Source: Gemmiger sp.
GTDB lineage: Bacteria; Bacillota; Clostridia; Oscillospirales; Ruminococcaceae
Direction of reading: 5' to 3'
DNA length: 64,000 bases
NCBI GenBank assembly: GCA_028710135.1
Contig: JAQUSS010000001.1
Span: forward strand, 14,751-78,750
Shown here piece by piece: positions 27,351 through 37,385 of the stretch; position 1 is the stretch's first letter; the number at the start of each line of letters is the position of its first letter. Below the pieces are notes generated by a model that was given only the letters and a program-made list of their open reading frames with translations, was not told the origin of the DNA and ran no database searches. The translations under genes and the position numbers were made by a program.

Positions 27351-29252
27351 ATGGACATTTGTACCACGCTGGACCCACAGCAGCGCCGCTATTTGGAGCT
27401 GCTGGCCCGGCAATACCCCAACCGCCGCGCTGCCTACACCGAAATTATCAACCTGCAAGCCATTTTAAACCTGCCCAAGGGCACCGAGCATTTTATAAGC
27501 GATTTGCATGGCGAGTACGAGGCGTTCCGCCATATTTTAAACAACTGCTCGGGCGTGATACGGGATAAAGTGCGGCTGCTGTACGACGATACCCTATCCC
27601 GCCAGGAGCAAGCCGACCTTTGCACCTTGATTTATTACCCGCGTGAAAAGCTGGAGCGTATCAAAAAGCAAAACCGGGCCGATGCCCTTTGGTACCGCTC
27701 TACCCTCAACCGGCTGATTGAGCTGGCGCGGTTTTTATCCTCCAAATATTCCCGCTCCAAGGTGCGCAAGGCTTTGCCTGCCGAGTTTGGCTACATCCTG
27801 GATGAGCTGCTGCACGCCCAGCAGGACGAGGACAACAACCAGCAGGTTTACCACGCCAAAATTTTGGAATCCATCTGGGAGACCGACAGCGAGGACGATT
27901 TTATCACCGCCTTGGCCGCGCTGATTAAGCGCCTGGCCGTGGACCATTTACATATTGTGGGCGATATTTACGACCGTGGCGCCCACGCCGATAAAATTAT
28001 GGACATTTTGATGCAGTACCATTCGCTGGATATTGAGTGGGGCAACCACGATATTTTGTGGATGGGCGCCGCCGCGGGCAGCGAAGCCTGTGTGGCGGCG
28101 GTGCTGCGCAACAACATACGCGCCGACAACCTGCAAATGCTGGAGAGTGGGTACGGCATCAGCCTGCGCACTTTGGCAATTTTTGCCCGAAAAACCTACC
28201 GGAAGGAAGCGGCCATCTCCCAGGAGATGAAGGCGATTTCGGCCATACTGTTTAAGCTGGAGGGGCAGCTGCTGCTGCGCCACCCCGAGTACGAGATGCA
28301 AGACCGCCTGCTGCTGGAAAAAGTAGACCCTGCCACCGCCACCGTAACCCTGGCGGGCAAGCGCTACCCCCTTTGCACCGGCGATTTCCCGACGCTTGAC
28401 CCGGCCGCCCCCTACCGCCTGACCGACGAGGAAGCCGCCCTTGTGGAGGATTTGACGAACGCTTTCCAGAACAGCGAGCGGCTGGCCCGCCATGTGCGCT
28501 TTTTGTATGCGCATGGCTCGATGTACCGCTGCTACAACCAAAACCTGCTGTTCCACGGTTGCATCCCGCTGGATGCCGACGGCAACTTTGACCGTGTGCG
28601 GTGCGAGGGGCAGAGCTACCAGGGCCGCCATTACATGGATTATGCCGACCAATTGGCCCGCCGCGCCTACCAGCAGGGCGACCGCGAAAGCCTGGACGGC
28701 ATTTGGTATTTGTGGAACGGCAAAAAATCGCCCTTATGCGGGCGGGTGGTAAAAACCTTTGAGCGCACCTATTTTACCGACCCTGCCACCTACCACGAGC
28801 CGCGCAACCCCTACTACGAGTTTTGCACCCACGAAAAAACCGCCGCGATGATTTTGCACGAGTTCGGGCTATATTCAGGCCGTTCCCACATTATCAACGG
28901 GCACACCCCGGTAAAGGCCGTGAAGGGGGAAAGCCCCATCAAAGCAAACGGCAAGATGCTGGTGATTGACGGCGGGTTTTGCCGCGCCTACCAGCCCACC
29001 ACCGGCCTGGCGGGCTACACCTTAATTTTTAACTCGCACTGCATGAAAATTAAGCAGCACCGCCCCTTTGAGAGTGTGGAGAAGGCCCTGGATGAAAACG
29101 CCGACATAGAATCTGAAACCCACGTATTTGAGGAGGAACCCAAGCGGGTGATGGTGGGCAACACCGATACCGGGCTGCTGCTTGCCGCCAAAATACGAGA
29201 TTTGCAGCAGCTACTAAGCTGCTACCGCGGCGGTTTGCTGCAAGAGCATTGA
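27351..29252 (+). CDS. fbp: Fructose-1,6-bisphosphatase class 3 (Firmicute type)
   Basis: EIINLQAILNLPKGTEHFISDLHGEY, VGDIYDRG, WGNHD, INGHTPV, VIDGGF. Confidence 0.95.
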   Translation: MDICTTLDPQQRRYLELLARQYPNRRAAYTEIINLQAILNLPKGTEHFISDLHGEYEAFRHILNNCSGVIRDKVRLLYDDTLSRQEQADLCTLIYYPREKLERIKKQNRADALWYRSTLNRLIELARFLSSKYSRSKVRKALPAEFGYILDELLHAQQDEDNNQQVYHAKILESIWETDSEDDFITALAALIKRLAVDHLHIVGDIYDRGAHADKIMDILMQYHSLDIEWGNHDILWMGAAAGSEACVAAVLRNNIRADNLQMLESGYGISLRTLAIFARKTYRKEAAISQEMKAISAILFKLEGQLLLRHPEYEMQDRLLLEKVDPATATVTLAGKRYPLCTGDFPTLDPAAPYRLTDEEAALVEDLTNAFQNSERLARHVRFLYAHGSMYRCYNQNLLFHGCIPLDADGNFDRVRCEGQSYQGRHYMDYADQLARRAYQQGDRESLDGIWYLWNGKKSPLCGRVVKTFERTYFTDPATYHEPRNPYYEFCTHEKTAAMILHEFGLYSGRSHIINGHTPVKAVKGESPIKANGKMLVIDGGFCRAYQPTTGLAGYTLIFNSHCMKIKQHRPFESVEKALDENADIESETHVFEEEPKRVMVGNTDTGLLLAAKIRDLQQLLSCYRGGLLQEH

Positions 29253-29267
29253 GGGGGCCTTGCCCCC

Positions 29268-29356
29268 AACAGCCGGCCCTTTTGCGCAAGGCGGCGAAGG
29301 CCCTTTTGGAAAGGTTCTTCGCCGCCTTGTTCCGCAGAAGGGCCGGCTGTTTTTTT
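29268..29356 (+). terminator. Long hairpin/terminator after fbp
   Basis: AACAGCCGGCCCTT...AAGGGCCGGCTGTTTTTTT with an inner stem CAAGGCGGCGAAG / CTTCGCCGCCTTG. Confidence 0.7.
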
Positions 29357-29446
29357 AGCCTTTGCCGGGCGGCGGGCCTGCTGCCTGGCCCCTGCCGGTG
29401 CGCAAAGCCCGCTTTTTTATTTTGCGTTTTGCGCTTCGTTTTGCGC

Positions 29447-29504
29447 TTTGTAAGGAACTTTTAAGAATCCCGCCGTGTTGTTTGTAAGAAAACTCTGGTA
29501 TACT
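29447..29504 (+). promoter_or_regulatory. Direct-repeat boxes and extended -10 upstream of the response regulator
   Basis: TTTGTAAGGA, TTTTAAGAA (11-bp period) and TTTGTAAGAA, followed by TGGTATACT. Confidence 0.45.
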
Positions 29505-29537
29505 GAACGCAGGAACAACACGAAGGGAGGCGTACCG

Positions 29538-30236
29538 ATGGAGCCAATGTCGATTTTGGTGGTGGATGACGACCCCGATATCCGCACGGCCCTTGCCATC
29601 CGCCTGGGGCGGGAGGGGTACACGGTTTGCCAGGCGGGCGATGGGCTGGCTGCTTTGGATATTTTGACCTGCCAACCTATCCACCTGATTTTGATGGATG
29701 TGATGATGCCCCGGCTGGATGGGTTTTCGGCCATTATGCGGATACGCGAAAAGCAGAACATCCCCATTTTGGTGATGAGCGCCAAAACCGAGGATTCCGA
29801 CAAGGTGCTGGGGCTTTCCATCGGGGCGGACGATTACATTACCAAGCCCTTTAACATGGCGGAGGTATTGGCCCGGGTGCAAAGCCACCTGCGCCGGTAC
29901 CTGACGCTGGGGGGCATACACGGCGGCACCAACCAGCGCCAGGTGGGGCGGCTGCGGTTTGATTTTGTTTGCCATACCCTGGAGGCAGACGGCCAACCCG
30001 TCAAGCTGACCCCCACCGAAACCCATATTTTGGAGCTGCTGATGGCAAACCCCGGGCGGATATTTTCGGCTGAGGAAATTTACCGCGAGGCTTGGGGCGG
30101 GCAGGAGCCTTACGGCTGCGAGAACACCGTGATGGTGCACATCCGCCGCATCCGCGAAAAAATTGAGATTGACCCGAAGGAACCAGAATATTTAAAGGTG
30201 GTGTGGGGGCTTGGCTACAAACTTGAAAAAAAATAA
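29538..30236 (+). CDS. OmpR/PhoB family response regulator
   Basis: LVVDDD, LMDVMMP, GADDYITKPF, wHTH VMVHIRRIREKIE...VWGLGYK; GGGAGG RBS. Confidence 0.95.
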   Translation: MEPMSILVVDDDPDIRTALAIRLGREGYTVCQAGDGLAALDILTCQPIHLILMDVMMPRLDGFSAIMRIREKQNIPILVMSAKTEDSDKVLGLSIGADDYITKPFNMAEVLARVQSHLRRYLTLGGIHGGTNQRQVGRLRFDFVCHTLEADGQPVKLTPTETHILELLMANPGRIFSAEEIYREAWGGQEPYGCENTVMVHIRRIREKIEIDPKEPEYLKVVWGLGYKLEKK

Positions 30237-32379
30237 AACGCTACGCAAATTTTTGGCGGGGATGCTGCTTTTTACTTCCCTAATTGGCATACTTGCCCTG
30301 TGCCTGTTGCAGCCCGGCATGGTGCAAAATTTGGCCGTGCCCGAGCTGTGGGTGGGCAACCCCATTGCCCTGCCGGAATTCCGCACGTATGCCACCGATT
30401 TGTACAACAACTACACCCTGGTGGCCACGGGGGTGGGCGATGACGAGGGTACCCCCCTGCTGAATTTGGATGCGCGGCAGCCCGTTTACACCCAGGCGCT
30501 GGGCGACCTAGTAGCAGCCGTGGCCAAAGCCAACGGCGGTTTGCTGCTATATTGCAGCAAGGAGATTGCCGCCCCCGGCGGCACCCACCTTAGCAACTAC
30601 CAGGGGGGCAGCTTATTTTCGCAAAGCAGCGATGCCCACCTTACCCTGCCCGCCGGGTATACCCTGCTGTTTAGTACCGGCAACCAGGGCCAGGCGGAGG
30701 CCAACACCACCCTGCTGGCGCAGTACCGTGCCACCCCCTACCAAAACCGCGCCCCCGCCGGGGATACCGATTTGGTAATTGCCCTGCCACCCTTTGCCGC
30801 CGTGCAGATGGGGGGCAACGGCTACCTGTACAGCCTGTGGCAAACCGCAGGCGATTGGCAGCGCGCCGCCATTTTGCTGGCCGTGCTGGGGGTGGTGGCC
30901 CTTGCCAGCGCCCTGCTCTACCGCCGCAACCCGGTGCCAGCCCCCCTGGCCCGCGCCGCCATGGCCGCAAAAACCGCCCCCCTGTGGACGGAAGCCAAGC
31001 TGGCCGCTTTTTGCCTGGCGCTGCTTTTGCCCGCCCTGCTCTCCCCCTTATACTTCCACGGCACCGCCTATTTTGTGGCCTGCCTTTTGCCCTGCGCCGC
31101 CCTAGTTTACATTCTACTGTGCGATTTTTGGCACAACCGCCGCCGGCTGGTGCAGGGGTCGCTGGTATACCGTGGCCTGGCCGCCCTGGGGCGTGGGGTG
31201 GCGGCCATGCGCGCGGCACTGCCCTGGCAGCGGCGGGCCATGGCCTTTTGCGGGCTGGCAGTCATCCTGCTGCCCCCCTTGAGTGTGGTGGCGCTGTGCA
31301 CCGCCGGGCTGGCGCTGCAAAATGTGCTGCCCCCGGTTGGCGCGGTGCTGGTTTTGCTGCTGGTGGGGGCCTACTGGGCCGAGAGTGTGGTAACCGCCGC
31401 CCTGCTTGTGCGGGAAAGTGCGCTGCTGGGCCAAAAAATTACCGCGCTACAGGCGGGCGGGGTGGGCAGCGGCAGTGGCAGCACCCCGCTGCCCGCCGCC
31501 ACCATGCGGCTACTGGGCGGCCCTGCCGCCGCGCTGAACGAGCTGGAAAGCGGGATAGATACCGCCCTGGCCCGCCAGATGCAGGCCGAGCGGATGAAGG
31601 TGGAGCTGGTAAGCAACGTGAGCCACGACCTAAAAACCCCGCTTACCAGCATTATCAGCTATGCCGATTTGCTTTGTGCCGAGGAGCTGCCCCCCGCCGC
31701 GGCCGATTATGCCAAGGTGGTGCAGAAAAAAGCCTACCAGCTGCGGGGGATGGTGCAGGATGTGTTTGAACTTTCAAAAGCGACCAGCGGCAACCTGCCC
31801 ATTGCCCCCCGCGTGCTGGATATGGCAAAGCTTATCCGCCAAACGCTGGCCGATATGGCCGATGAGATTGCGGCATCGGGGCTAACCATCCGCACCGAGC
31901 TGCCCGAGGAAGCCTGGATTTGCGCCGATGGGCAGCGGCTATACCGGGTGTTCCAAAATTTAATTGACAACGCGCTGCGCTACAGCCTTGCGGGGAGCCG
32001 GGTGTACCTGCGCCTACGCCTGCAGGGGGGCAACGCCCTGGCCGAGATGAAAAATGTTTCGCGCTGGGAGCTGGATTTTGACCCTGCCGAGATTGTGGAG
32101 CGGTTTGTGCGGGCCGATGCCAGCCGAACCACCACCGGCAGCGGGCTGGGCTTATCCATCGCCAAAAGCTTTACCGAGGCTTGCGGCGGCAGCTTTGCCG
32201 TTACCCTGGATGCCGATTTGTTCTGCGTAAGCATCACCCTGCCGTTGGCCGAAAAACCGGCCCAGGCCGCCGCCCCCATCCTGCATGGGGAGGCCGGGCT
32301 TGCCGAGGGCAACGCCCCGGCCCAAACTGCCGAAACGCCCAAAAATGCGCCCGCCACCACCGCCCCCACCGGGCAGTAA
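30211..32379 (+). CDS. Membrane sensor histidine kinase
   Basis: TM segments, H-box VSHDLKTPLTSI, N-box FQNLIDNALRY, GSGLGLSIA; overlaps the response regulator. Confidence 0.92.
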   Translation: MATNLKKNKTLRKFLAGMLLFTSLIGILALCLLQPGMVQNLAVPELWVGNPIALPEFRTYATDLYNNYTLVATGVGDDEGTPLLNLDARQPVYTQALGDLVAAVAKANGGLLLYCSKEIAAPGGTHLSNYQGGSLFSQSSDAHLTLPAGYTLLFSTGNQGQAEANTTLLAQYRATPYQNRAPAGDTDLVIALPPFAAVQMGGNGYLYSLWQTAGDWQRAAILLAVLGVVALASALLYRRNPVPAPLARAAMAAKTAPLWTEAKLAAFCLALLLPALLSPLYFHGTAYFVACLLPCAALVYILLCDFWHNRRRLVQGSLVYRGLAALGRGVAAMRAALPWQRRAMAFCGLAVILLPPLSVVALCTAGLALQNVLPPVGAVLVLLLVGAYWAESVVTAALLVRESALLGQKITALQAGGVGSGSGSTPLPAATMRLLGGPAAALNELESGIDTALARQMQAERMKVELVSNVSHDLKTPLTSIISYADLLCAEELPPAAADYAKVVQKKAYQLRGMVQDVFELSKATSGNLPIAPRVLDMAKLIRQTLADMADEIAASGLTIRTELPEEAWICADGQRLYRVFQNLIDNALRYSLAGSRVYLRLRLQGGNALAEMKNVSRWELDFDPAEIVERFVRADASRTTTGSGLGLSIAKSFTEACGGSFAVTLDADLFCVSITLPLAEKPAQAAAPILHGEAGLAEGNAPAQTAETPKNAPATTAPTGQ

Positions 32380-32400
32380 ACGGAAAGAAACGATTGTAGT

Positions 32401-34221
32401 ATGAACATTTTTATAAAACAGCTTTCCGCCCGGTTGGCGGGGGGCTTAGGCAAGGCCGGCCTTTTTTCCCCGGCGGCGCTGGGGGTGCAGGTGGCCTGTG
32501 TTACCCTGCTGCTGCAAACCATCAGCTTTGTTACCACCTGGCAGGGGGCCGGGGTTTACCTGGGCGGGGTGTTCCCCCTTGCGCCCTTTTTGTTTGCGCT
32601 GGCGGTACAATCCACCGTTTGGTTTTTTGCCAACGCGCTGCGGGCACCAACCACCCCGCTGCGGCTGGCGGCGCTGGGGGTGGCGGTGGCGTGCTCCACC
32701 ATATTTTCCTACGTGGGGGTGTACGGGTATGTGCAGCCGCCCCAGCGCGCCCTGCAAGCCCGCTACGCCCAGCTATACACCCGCCTGAACAGCGAATACA
32801 CCGCCTACGCCGCCACCGCCCGGGACGAATTTGCCGATGCCATCAACCGCCTGGCCACCGCCTTGCAGGGCGAGCTTACCGCCCTGGCCACCCGCCAGGC
32901 GGATTTGGATGCCTGCCGTGCCGCCTACGATGCCGCCGGTGGCGAAAGTGATGGCGCAGGTAGCGGCCCCGCCGCCCCCACCCGCTGGCAATATGCCAAC
33001 TATGCCGATTATTTGGCCGCCTACAGCGCCTACCAGGCAAACGTAAGCCAGCACACCGGCACCCAAACCGAGGCCGCCCGCCAGGCCGCACTGGCACAGT
33101 ACGGCTTTGCCACGGTGGAGGATTTAACCGCCGCCCAAACCCAAAACGCCACCAAGCAGGGGGCCTTGGCTGCCCTGCTGGGGGCCGAGGGCGAGGCTGC
33201 GGCAGATGCCGCCCCCGCCACTGCCGATGCGGCAACGGGCAGCGCCACCAGCGCCGCCACCCTGCTGGAGGGGGTGCGCGCGGCGGTGTTGGCCGAGGCC
33301 GCAAGTGAAAGCGAAGCCGGGCTTTCGGGCACGGCGCGCGGGCAGGCGGCACGGCTGGTGGCGGCCTGCAACGCGGCGGGCGTGGGTGCCGATGCCGCCG
33401 GCAACACCCCCACCACCAACACGCTTTTTGCCAAGCTGGATGCCCTGCCGGGAACGGCCAACACCCCCCTGCTGCCGGAGGAAGAAGCGCTGGAGGCCGC
33501 CCTGCCGGGGGGCCGCGCCACCGCCGATAACGCCACCGCGCTGCGCAGCGAAATGGAGGGTGCGCTGGGCCATGCCCTGGCCACCCTGGCCACGGTATCG
33601 GGCGATAACACCCGCTATGCCGCCGATGCCGCGCCCTGGCAGCTGCCCCAAATTTACCTGTTGCCCATCACGGCGCTGGTAACGGGGGGCGGGCAGGGCA
33701 ACGCCTGGTTTTGCCTTGGCATTGCCGCCCTGGTGGATGGCCTAACCTTGCTGTTTGCCCTAAGTGGCCGCCGCCCCGGCAGTTTGCTGGCGGCCCGCCG
33801 GGTGGCCACCCTGTTTGCCGGGCAGGGGCGGGCCTTTACGGCCCAGGCCACCGCCTGCCTGCCGGGGCAAGCCCCGCCCACCGCCGAGCTGGACGCATTT
33901 TTGGCCCTTTTCCACACCGATGAAAGCGCCATGGCCATGGGCTACAGCCTGGCCGCCCCCCTAAGCGCCCTTGCCGGGTGGGATAGGCTGGTGGCGCTGC
34001 TGTGCCAGTGCAACCTTGCCAGCATCCGCCCGGGCGCGCCAAGTGCCACGGCGCTGCCCACGGGGCCGGGCGCAGTTTATTCTTCGGGCGCGGCCCTGCT
34101 GCTGAAAACCCGGTTTTTGCTGTGGGCCAACGAGCAAACCGCCACCCGGCACAGCCCGCCGGCAAGCCGGGTAAACGGCGGGTTTAACGCCACGGCGGGC
34201 AGGGAGGGATATCCCTCATGA
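32401..34221 (+). CDS. Hypothetical membrane protein with a large Ala-rich helical extracytoplasmic domain
   Basis: 606 aa; three N-terminal TMs, coiled region, fourth TM (CLGIAALVDGLTLLFAL); host-like codon use. Confidence 0.75.
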   Translation: MNIFIKQLSARLAGGLGKAGLFSPAALGVQVACVTLLLQTISFVTTWQGAGVYLGGVFPLAPFLFALAVQSTVWFFANALRAPTTPLRLAALGVAVACSTIFSYVGVYGYVQPPQRALQARYAQLYTRLNSEYTAYAATARDEFADAINRLATALQGELTALATRQADLDACRAAYDAAGGESDGAGSGPAAPTRWQYANYADYLAAYSAYQANVSQHTGTQTEAARQAALAQYGFATVEDLTAAQTQNATKQGALAALLGAEGEAAADAAPATADAATGSATSAATLLEGVRAAVLAEAASESEAGLSGTARGQAARLVAACNAAGVGADAAGNTPTTNTLFAKLDALPGTANTPLLPEEEALEAALPGGRATADNATALRSEMEGALGHALATLATVSGDNTRYAADAAPWQLPQIYLLPITALVTGGGQGNAWFCLGIAALVDGLTLLFALSGRRPGSLLAARRVATLFAGQGRAFTAQATACLPGQAPPTAELDAFLALFHTDESAMAMGYSLAAPLSALAGWDRLVALLCQCNLASIRPGAPSATALPTGPGAVYSSGAALLLKTRFLLWANEQTATRHSPPASRVNGGFNATAGREGYPS

Positions 34222-34799
34222 AGTTGCTGCTAAGTACCTTGCTGCTGCTGTTGGCGGCGGGGCAGGGCCTAACCTGCCGCCACAGCACCCCCTGGCGGCA
34301 GGCCGGGTTTTGGCTGGTGGATGCGTTGGTGGTGGGGGGCTGCGCGGCGGGCTTTTTTGCTGCCGCGCCCCTTTCGTTTGGGTTTTTAGCGTCCCCTGCC
34401 TTTTGGGGCAATTTGGCGGCCATCTGCATTGCCACCGGGCTGTTGCTGCTGTTGGCCCCGCTGCCCCCGGCCACGCCCCCCGATGCCGGGGCCGCGCCAA
34501 AAACGCCGGGGCCACACAAAAAGCGCCGCCCACGGCCCGACCCTGCCGCGCTAAGCACCCTGCTGGGGCTGCTGAATTTTTCGCTTTGTATAGGGGGCGG
34601 CGCGGGGGGCGTGCTATGCCTTGCGGGGGCGGCGCGGGGCTACCTGCCCCCCACCGCCTGGTACTGGCTGATGGGCTACTGCCTGCTTTGGCTGCTGCCT
34701 TTAGCGCTGCGCCAGCTGGGCGGGGTGCTTTGCTGGCTGCGCACCCCGCCGGGCACCCAAGCCACCACCCCAACGCCACGGCGCTATACCCGGCTGTGA
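34218..34799 (+). CDS. Hypothetical membrane protein
   Basis: GGGAGGG RBS, ATGA overlap with the previous gene, several hydrophobic segments. Confidence 0.65.
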   Translation: MKLLLSTLLLLLAAGQGLTCRHSTPWRQAGFWLVDALVVGGCAAGFFAAAPLSFGFLASPAFWGNLAAICIATGLLLLLAPLPPATPPDAGAAPKTPGPHKKRRPRPDPAALSTLLGLLNFSLCIGGGAGGVLCLAGAARGYLPPTAWYWLMGYCLLWLLPLALRQLGGVLCWLRTPPGTQATTPTPRRYTRL

Positions 34800-35048
34800 T
34801 GGGTTTTAAAATCGTATTAAAATTGTTTTGCCGGTTGGCTTGAAAATAGCCACCCGGCTTTTTTGTATGGAATCTCCCACAAATTGTAATACAAAGTTTT
34901 ACCAAAAATGTGCAACGGACGGGCATTTGTGCTATAATACCCTTTGTTGTTTTGTTAAAACACACATTTTTCGCCCCGGCTGCCCCGCATTTGCCTTGCG
35001 CAAGGCCGCCCTAACCTTTCTATATTTTATATTTAAGGAACATACGTT

Positions 35049-37022
35049 ATGGATACCACAAAAACCCGCGCAACTACCCTTACCCCCCAGCGCCTTGCAC
35101 AATTTGCGTTGCGGCAGCTTTTGCCCGCGCTGCTGGCGGTGGCCGCCGCCTTTTTTGCCCGCTACCAGCTTGAACTTTCGGACGGTGTTACCCCCGCGTA
35201 TTTGGCCGCCCAGTGGCCGGTGTTTGCACCCCTGAACGCCCTTACGGCCTTCTGCCTTACCTTAGTATTGTTTGCCCTTTTGGGCAAATGGTCGCGCGCT
35301 ACCGGCATTGCCGGGGCGGTGTTCACCGTGCTATCCATCGTAAACTACTATACGCGAGATTTGCACGGCACCGCCCTGATGCCCCAGGATGTGCTGAACA
35401 TTGGCACCGCGGCCGAGGTAATGGGCTCCTACACCTTAAAAATAACCGCAACCGTGGTGAATTTGGTGGTGCTGTACCTGCCGGTGCTTTTTATTGCCTG
35501 GGTGCAAGCCATGCTGGTAAAGCCGCGCAAAAGCGGGCTGCCAAATCAAAATCAAAAAGCTCCGCAGCCGGAACAGCCGGAAAATGCCCCCCAAACCACC
35601 GCGGCCCGCTGGCGGCGGCGGGCTGTGCGCTGGGCCGGGTGCGCGGCGGGGGTTGCTGCCATTTTGTTTTTTGGCTATTTTAGCCCCTGGCCCCTAAAGC
35701 CCGCCGCCACCTACGGCTGGGCCTGGCAGGAAACCTACTACAAATACGGCTACCTGGCCGGCACCATTGAATCGGCCTCGCTGCTGCAAAACCCCATTGT
35801 GATGCCCGATGGCTACACCGATGCCGCCGCAGCGGAGGCTGCCGCCACCGCCGCGGACTATACCCCCGCCGCCCCCACGGTGGCCGAGCAGCAATACCCC
35901 GATATTGTGCTGATTTTATCCGAAAGCTTTTACGACCCCTCGCTGGTGACCGACCTGCAAACCGATATCCCCTTTATGGAGGTTACCAAAAACCTGCCCA
36001 ACAGCATTTACGGCCACACGGTATCGCCCCATGTGGGGGGCGGCACCAACTCCAGCGAGTACGAGATGCTTACCGCCAACTCGCTGATGCTGATGCCCAG
36101 CATTACCCCCTTCAACTGGCTGAATTTGTACAAGGCCAACAGCCTGGTTAGCCACCTGGAAAGTTTGGGCTACGCCACCATGGCCGCCCACCCCTACACC
36201 AACTCCAACTACCGGCGAGATTCGGCCTGGCTGGCGCTGGGCTTTGACGAAACCCATTTTGAGGAGGATTTCCCCACGGCGGAAACCTACGGCAACCGCC
36301 CCTACCAAACCGATTCGGCCACCTACCGTGACCTAACCACCCTGTACGAGGCCATGCCTGCCGATAAGCCCCGCTTCACCTTTTTGGTATCCATCCAAAG
36401 CCACGGCGATTACGATATGAACGACCCCAGCGAGGACCTGGTTCATGCCGGGGCCGATTATGGCGTTTACGATGGCGAGGTGGACGAGTTTTTATCCTGT
36501 ATGTATTTGAGCGACCAAGCCGTGGCCGAGCTGACCGCCTACTACACCAACCTGTACGAAACCACCGGCCGCAAGGTGGTGGTTTGCCTTGCGGGCGACC
36601 ATGCGCCCAGCTTTATTGACCATATTGCCGATGCGAGCATCCCCGAAAACGAGCGCCAAATTTTGGAGCGCAGCACCCCCTATTTTATTTGGGCCAACTA
36701 CCCGCTGGAAAATGCGGGCAGCACCAACCAGGCCGACCCCCTGAACCGTATGGATTTGTGCCACCTTGGGCCCACCCTGCTGGCACAAGCGGGGCTGCCA
36801 CTTTCGGGCTACTACAACTACCTGTTGCAGATGAAGCAAACCGTGCCGCTGCACACCGCCGCGAACGATTACATGGCCGCCGATGGCACCACCCACTGCT
36901 ACGGTGAGGATGCCGCCGCCGATGCTTTGGTGCGGGGCTACTTTGCCCTGGAATACAACAACATTGGCACCCACGCCAAGCAAAACCAAAGCCTGTTTGC
37001 CCCTTTGACAAACGACGATTAA
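35049..37022 (+). CDS. LTA synthase (LtaS/MdoB-like) family protein
   Basis: N-terminal TMs, ILSESFYD, GGGTNSSEYEMLT, IQSHGDY, GDHAP. Confidence 0.9.
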   Translation: MDTTKTRATTLTPQRLAQFALRQLLPALLAVAAAFFARYQLELSDGVTPAYLAAQWPVFAPLNALTAFCLTLVLFALLGKWSRATGIAGAVFTVLSIVNYYTRDLHGTALMPQDVLNIGTAAEVMGSYTLKITATVVNLVVLYLPVLFIAWVQAMLVKPRKSGLPNQNQKAPQPEQPENAPQTTAARWRRRAVRWAGCAAGVAAILFFGYFSPWPLKPAATYGWAWQETYYKYGYLAGTIESASLLQNPIVMPDGYTDAAAAEAAATAADYTPAAPTVAEQQYPDIVLILSESFYDPSLVTDLQTDIPFMEVTKNLPNSIYGHTVSPHVGGGTNSSEYEMLTANSLMLMPSITPFNWLNLYKANSLVSHLESLGYATMAAHPYTNSNYRRDSAWLALGFDETHFEEDFPTAETYGNRPYQTDSATYRDLTTLYEAMPADKPRFTFLVSIQSHGDYDMNDPSEDLVHAGADYGVYDGEVDEFLSCMYLSDQAVAELTAYYTNLYETTGRKVVVCLAGDHAPSFIDHIADASIPENERQILERSTPYFIWANYPLENAGSTNQADPLNRMDLCHLGPTLLAQAGLPLSGYYNYLLQMKQTVPLHTAANDYMAADGTTHCYGEDAAADALVRGYFALEYNNIGTHAKQNQSLFAPLTNDD

Positions 37023-37030
37023 CCAAAAAA

Positions 37031-37081
37031 CAGCCCCAGCGCCCTGCCGGTTTTCAGCCGGTGGGGCGCTGGGGTTTATTT
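37031..37081 (+). terminator. Intrinsic terminator
   Basis: CCCCAGCGCCC...GGGCGCTGGGGTTTATTTT. Confidence 0.7.
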
Positions 37082-37305
37082 TGTGGTGCCGCTTTTTGCC
37101 ATTTTTTTGCCGTTTTTTTTGCCGCCAAAAAACGGCAAAGGCTTGGCAAAAGCCCGGCAAAAAATAGCAAAAAGCGGCACGGCAGGCGGGCAAACCCGAG
37201 CAAAAAGCGCCCAAAACCGGGCAAAAGCGGGCGGCAGGCCCCGGCGTACTGCGCCAACCGGGGCAACGGGGGCTGCTGGCCCCCCGCCGGTACGTTTATC
37301 TACCG

Positions 37306-37334
37306 TTGACTTTATCGGTTCACACTTTTATAAT
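37306..37334 (+). promoter_or_regulatory. Near-consensus sigma-A promoter
   Basis: TTGACT-N17-TATAAT, about 50 bp before the surface protein start. Confidence 0.75.
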
Positions 37335-37385
37335 AAAAGCAAGCCTTCGCATTTCGCAAGCATTCTCAAATAAGAAAGAGGTTTG

